A stretch of 64,000 bases of DNA from Takakia lepidozioides. Lineage: Eukaryota > Plantae > Bryophyta. Below are positions 63,301 to 64,000 of this stretch, piece after piece. The notes beneath the pieces are model-generated. The model did not search any database, was not told the origin of the DNA, and was given only the letters and a program-made list of their open reading frames with translations. Numbering within the stretch: the stretch's first letter is position 1; each line of letters begins with the position of its first letter. Both the position numbers and the translations under genes were made by a program. The stretch is from positions 61,132,001-61,196,000 of the forward strand of contig CM060734.1 in assembly GCA_030704615.1 (NCBI GenBank). Direction: 5' to 3'.

Positions 63301-64000
63301 GGCTCAGACCCCTATACTAGCGGACTTTGATCATGCCATGGTTGCTGCGGAGTTCTATCCACCTGGACTGCATGCTAGAGGTCGAGGTTATTTTAAACTC
63401 AACCCAAGCATTCTGAAAAAACAAGACTGGCTGCAGAAGCGGAAAAAAGAACGGATGGAAGCAGGGGCTGGGTTTCACTCCCCCTCCATTTCCTTTTTAA
63501 ATAAACTTCAGGCTACACGCAGATTGGCTCAAGACCTTTCCCGCTCTGTTGCTGCTGAAAGAACACAACATCATAAGGCATTAACTAAATGCCTGTTACA
63601 TTGCCAAAAAAGAATTGAAGGGGGGAATCATGGTGTAATTACAATGGAATCCTATCTTGCAGCTAAACGTAATTTGGCAGTATTGGATGTTGAAAAGGAG
63701 GATTTCCTTCGTATTAGAGCGGGAGTAAATTGGACGTTGAAGGGGGAGAAGATGACTGGTTATTTCTTCCAGAAAGCAAAACAGCGAAGGGAAACAACGC
63801 ACTTTCACGCGATTACAAACCCCAGCGGGATGACCTTCTCCCAACCCAAGGAGATGGCTGCAGCAGGTGCAGACCACTTTGCCAAGCTCTTTTCTGCTTC
63901 TCAAGAGGGAAATAACCTGCTGGAATTTCGTTCTGAGGTTATCCAATCCTTCCCAAGCCTTGTCTTTGTTGACGAGCAGAATGCCCTTGCTGTTCCCTTT
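60355..64000 (+). mobile_element. L1/Tx1-type LINE, 5' part, running off the window
   Basis: Disrupted ORF1 (~60475-62531) with CHQCHREGHIKVDC knuckle, followed by APE-endonuclease ORF2. Confidence 0.88.
62603..64000 (+). CDS. LINE ORF2 N-terminus (AP-like endonuclease), apparently open to the window end
   Basis: MTWSLFSWNIRGL..IFLQETK..RGGTAIL..NVYAPN..LAGDFN..FTW..ARLD..DFDH..YFKLN; absent from the ORF track, probably because no stop is reached. Confidence 0.88.
   Translation, partial: MTWSLFSWNIRGLGSDTTMPKRRRVKLWASSLMSTSAIIFLQETKLDDVKIRSIGNSFWPSQVAWWNPTISSSRGGTAILVSPTIAGSINNVEIWIQGRVQCLFTDSSSPFGPTAFINVYAPNLSQERDVLWDAIRDKITSFPNVQNWVLAGDFNMVDNYNDRLQHASHFLSDDEQVAWDMLCFSVGLVDILSDSSSGLRFTWSNLRNPPDLCMARLDIIYCSQSPLAWSKAMAQTPILADFDHAMVAAEFYPPGLHARGRGYFKLNPSILKKQDWLQKRKKERMEAGAGFHSPSISFLNKLQATRRLAQDLSRSVAAERTQHHKALTKCLLHCQKRIEGGNHGVITMESYLAAKRNLAVLDVEKEDFLRIRAGVNWTLKGEKMTGYFFQKAKQRRETTHFHAITNPSGMTFSQPKEMAAAGADHFAKLFSASQEGNNLLEFRSEVIQSFPSLVFVDEQNALAVPF

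Overview
Eukaryotic nuclear DNA with spliceosomal introns, most likely a non-seed land plant such as a moss (inferred from gene content and a PLS-type PPR relic; species not determinable here). The central ~26 kb holds ordinary host genes: a purple acid phosphatase with P1BS sites, RPL15, a LOG-family gene, EFL1/RIA1 and CCT4. Both flanks are nested transposons. Left: a decayed Mutator-like element (SWIM transposase plus Ulp1-type protease gene) with a 12,025-bp Ty3/gypsy retrotransposon in one intron. Right: a second, truncated copy of that retrotransposon, a tRNA-containing TRIM array and an L1/Tx1-type LINE. The retrotransposon family is the highlight. (i) It encodes a DNMT3-like C5 cytosine methyltransferase between protease and RT. 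(ii) Its DDE integrase ends in a PHD finger. (iii) Both copies keep a stop codon in a CARYYA readthrough context between Gag-PR-DNMT and RT-RH-IN. (iv) It has a self-complementary primer site instead of a tRNA PBS. (v) It has split, circularly permuted LTRs (X-internal-Y-GC-X-Y); the TSD-flanked ends fall at a GACAGCTGTC palindrome inside the LTR, which suggests integration of a circular intermediate by a DDE integrase. Coordinates were read by eye and no database searches were run.
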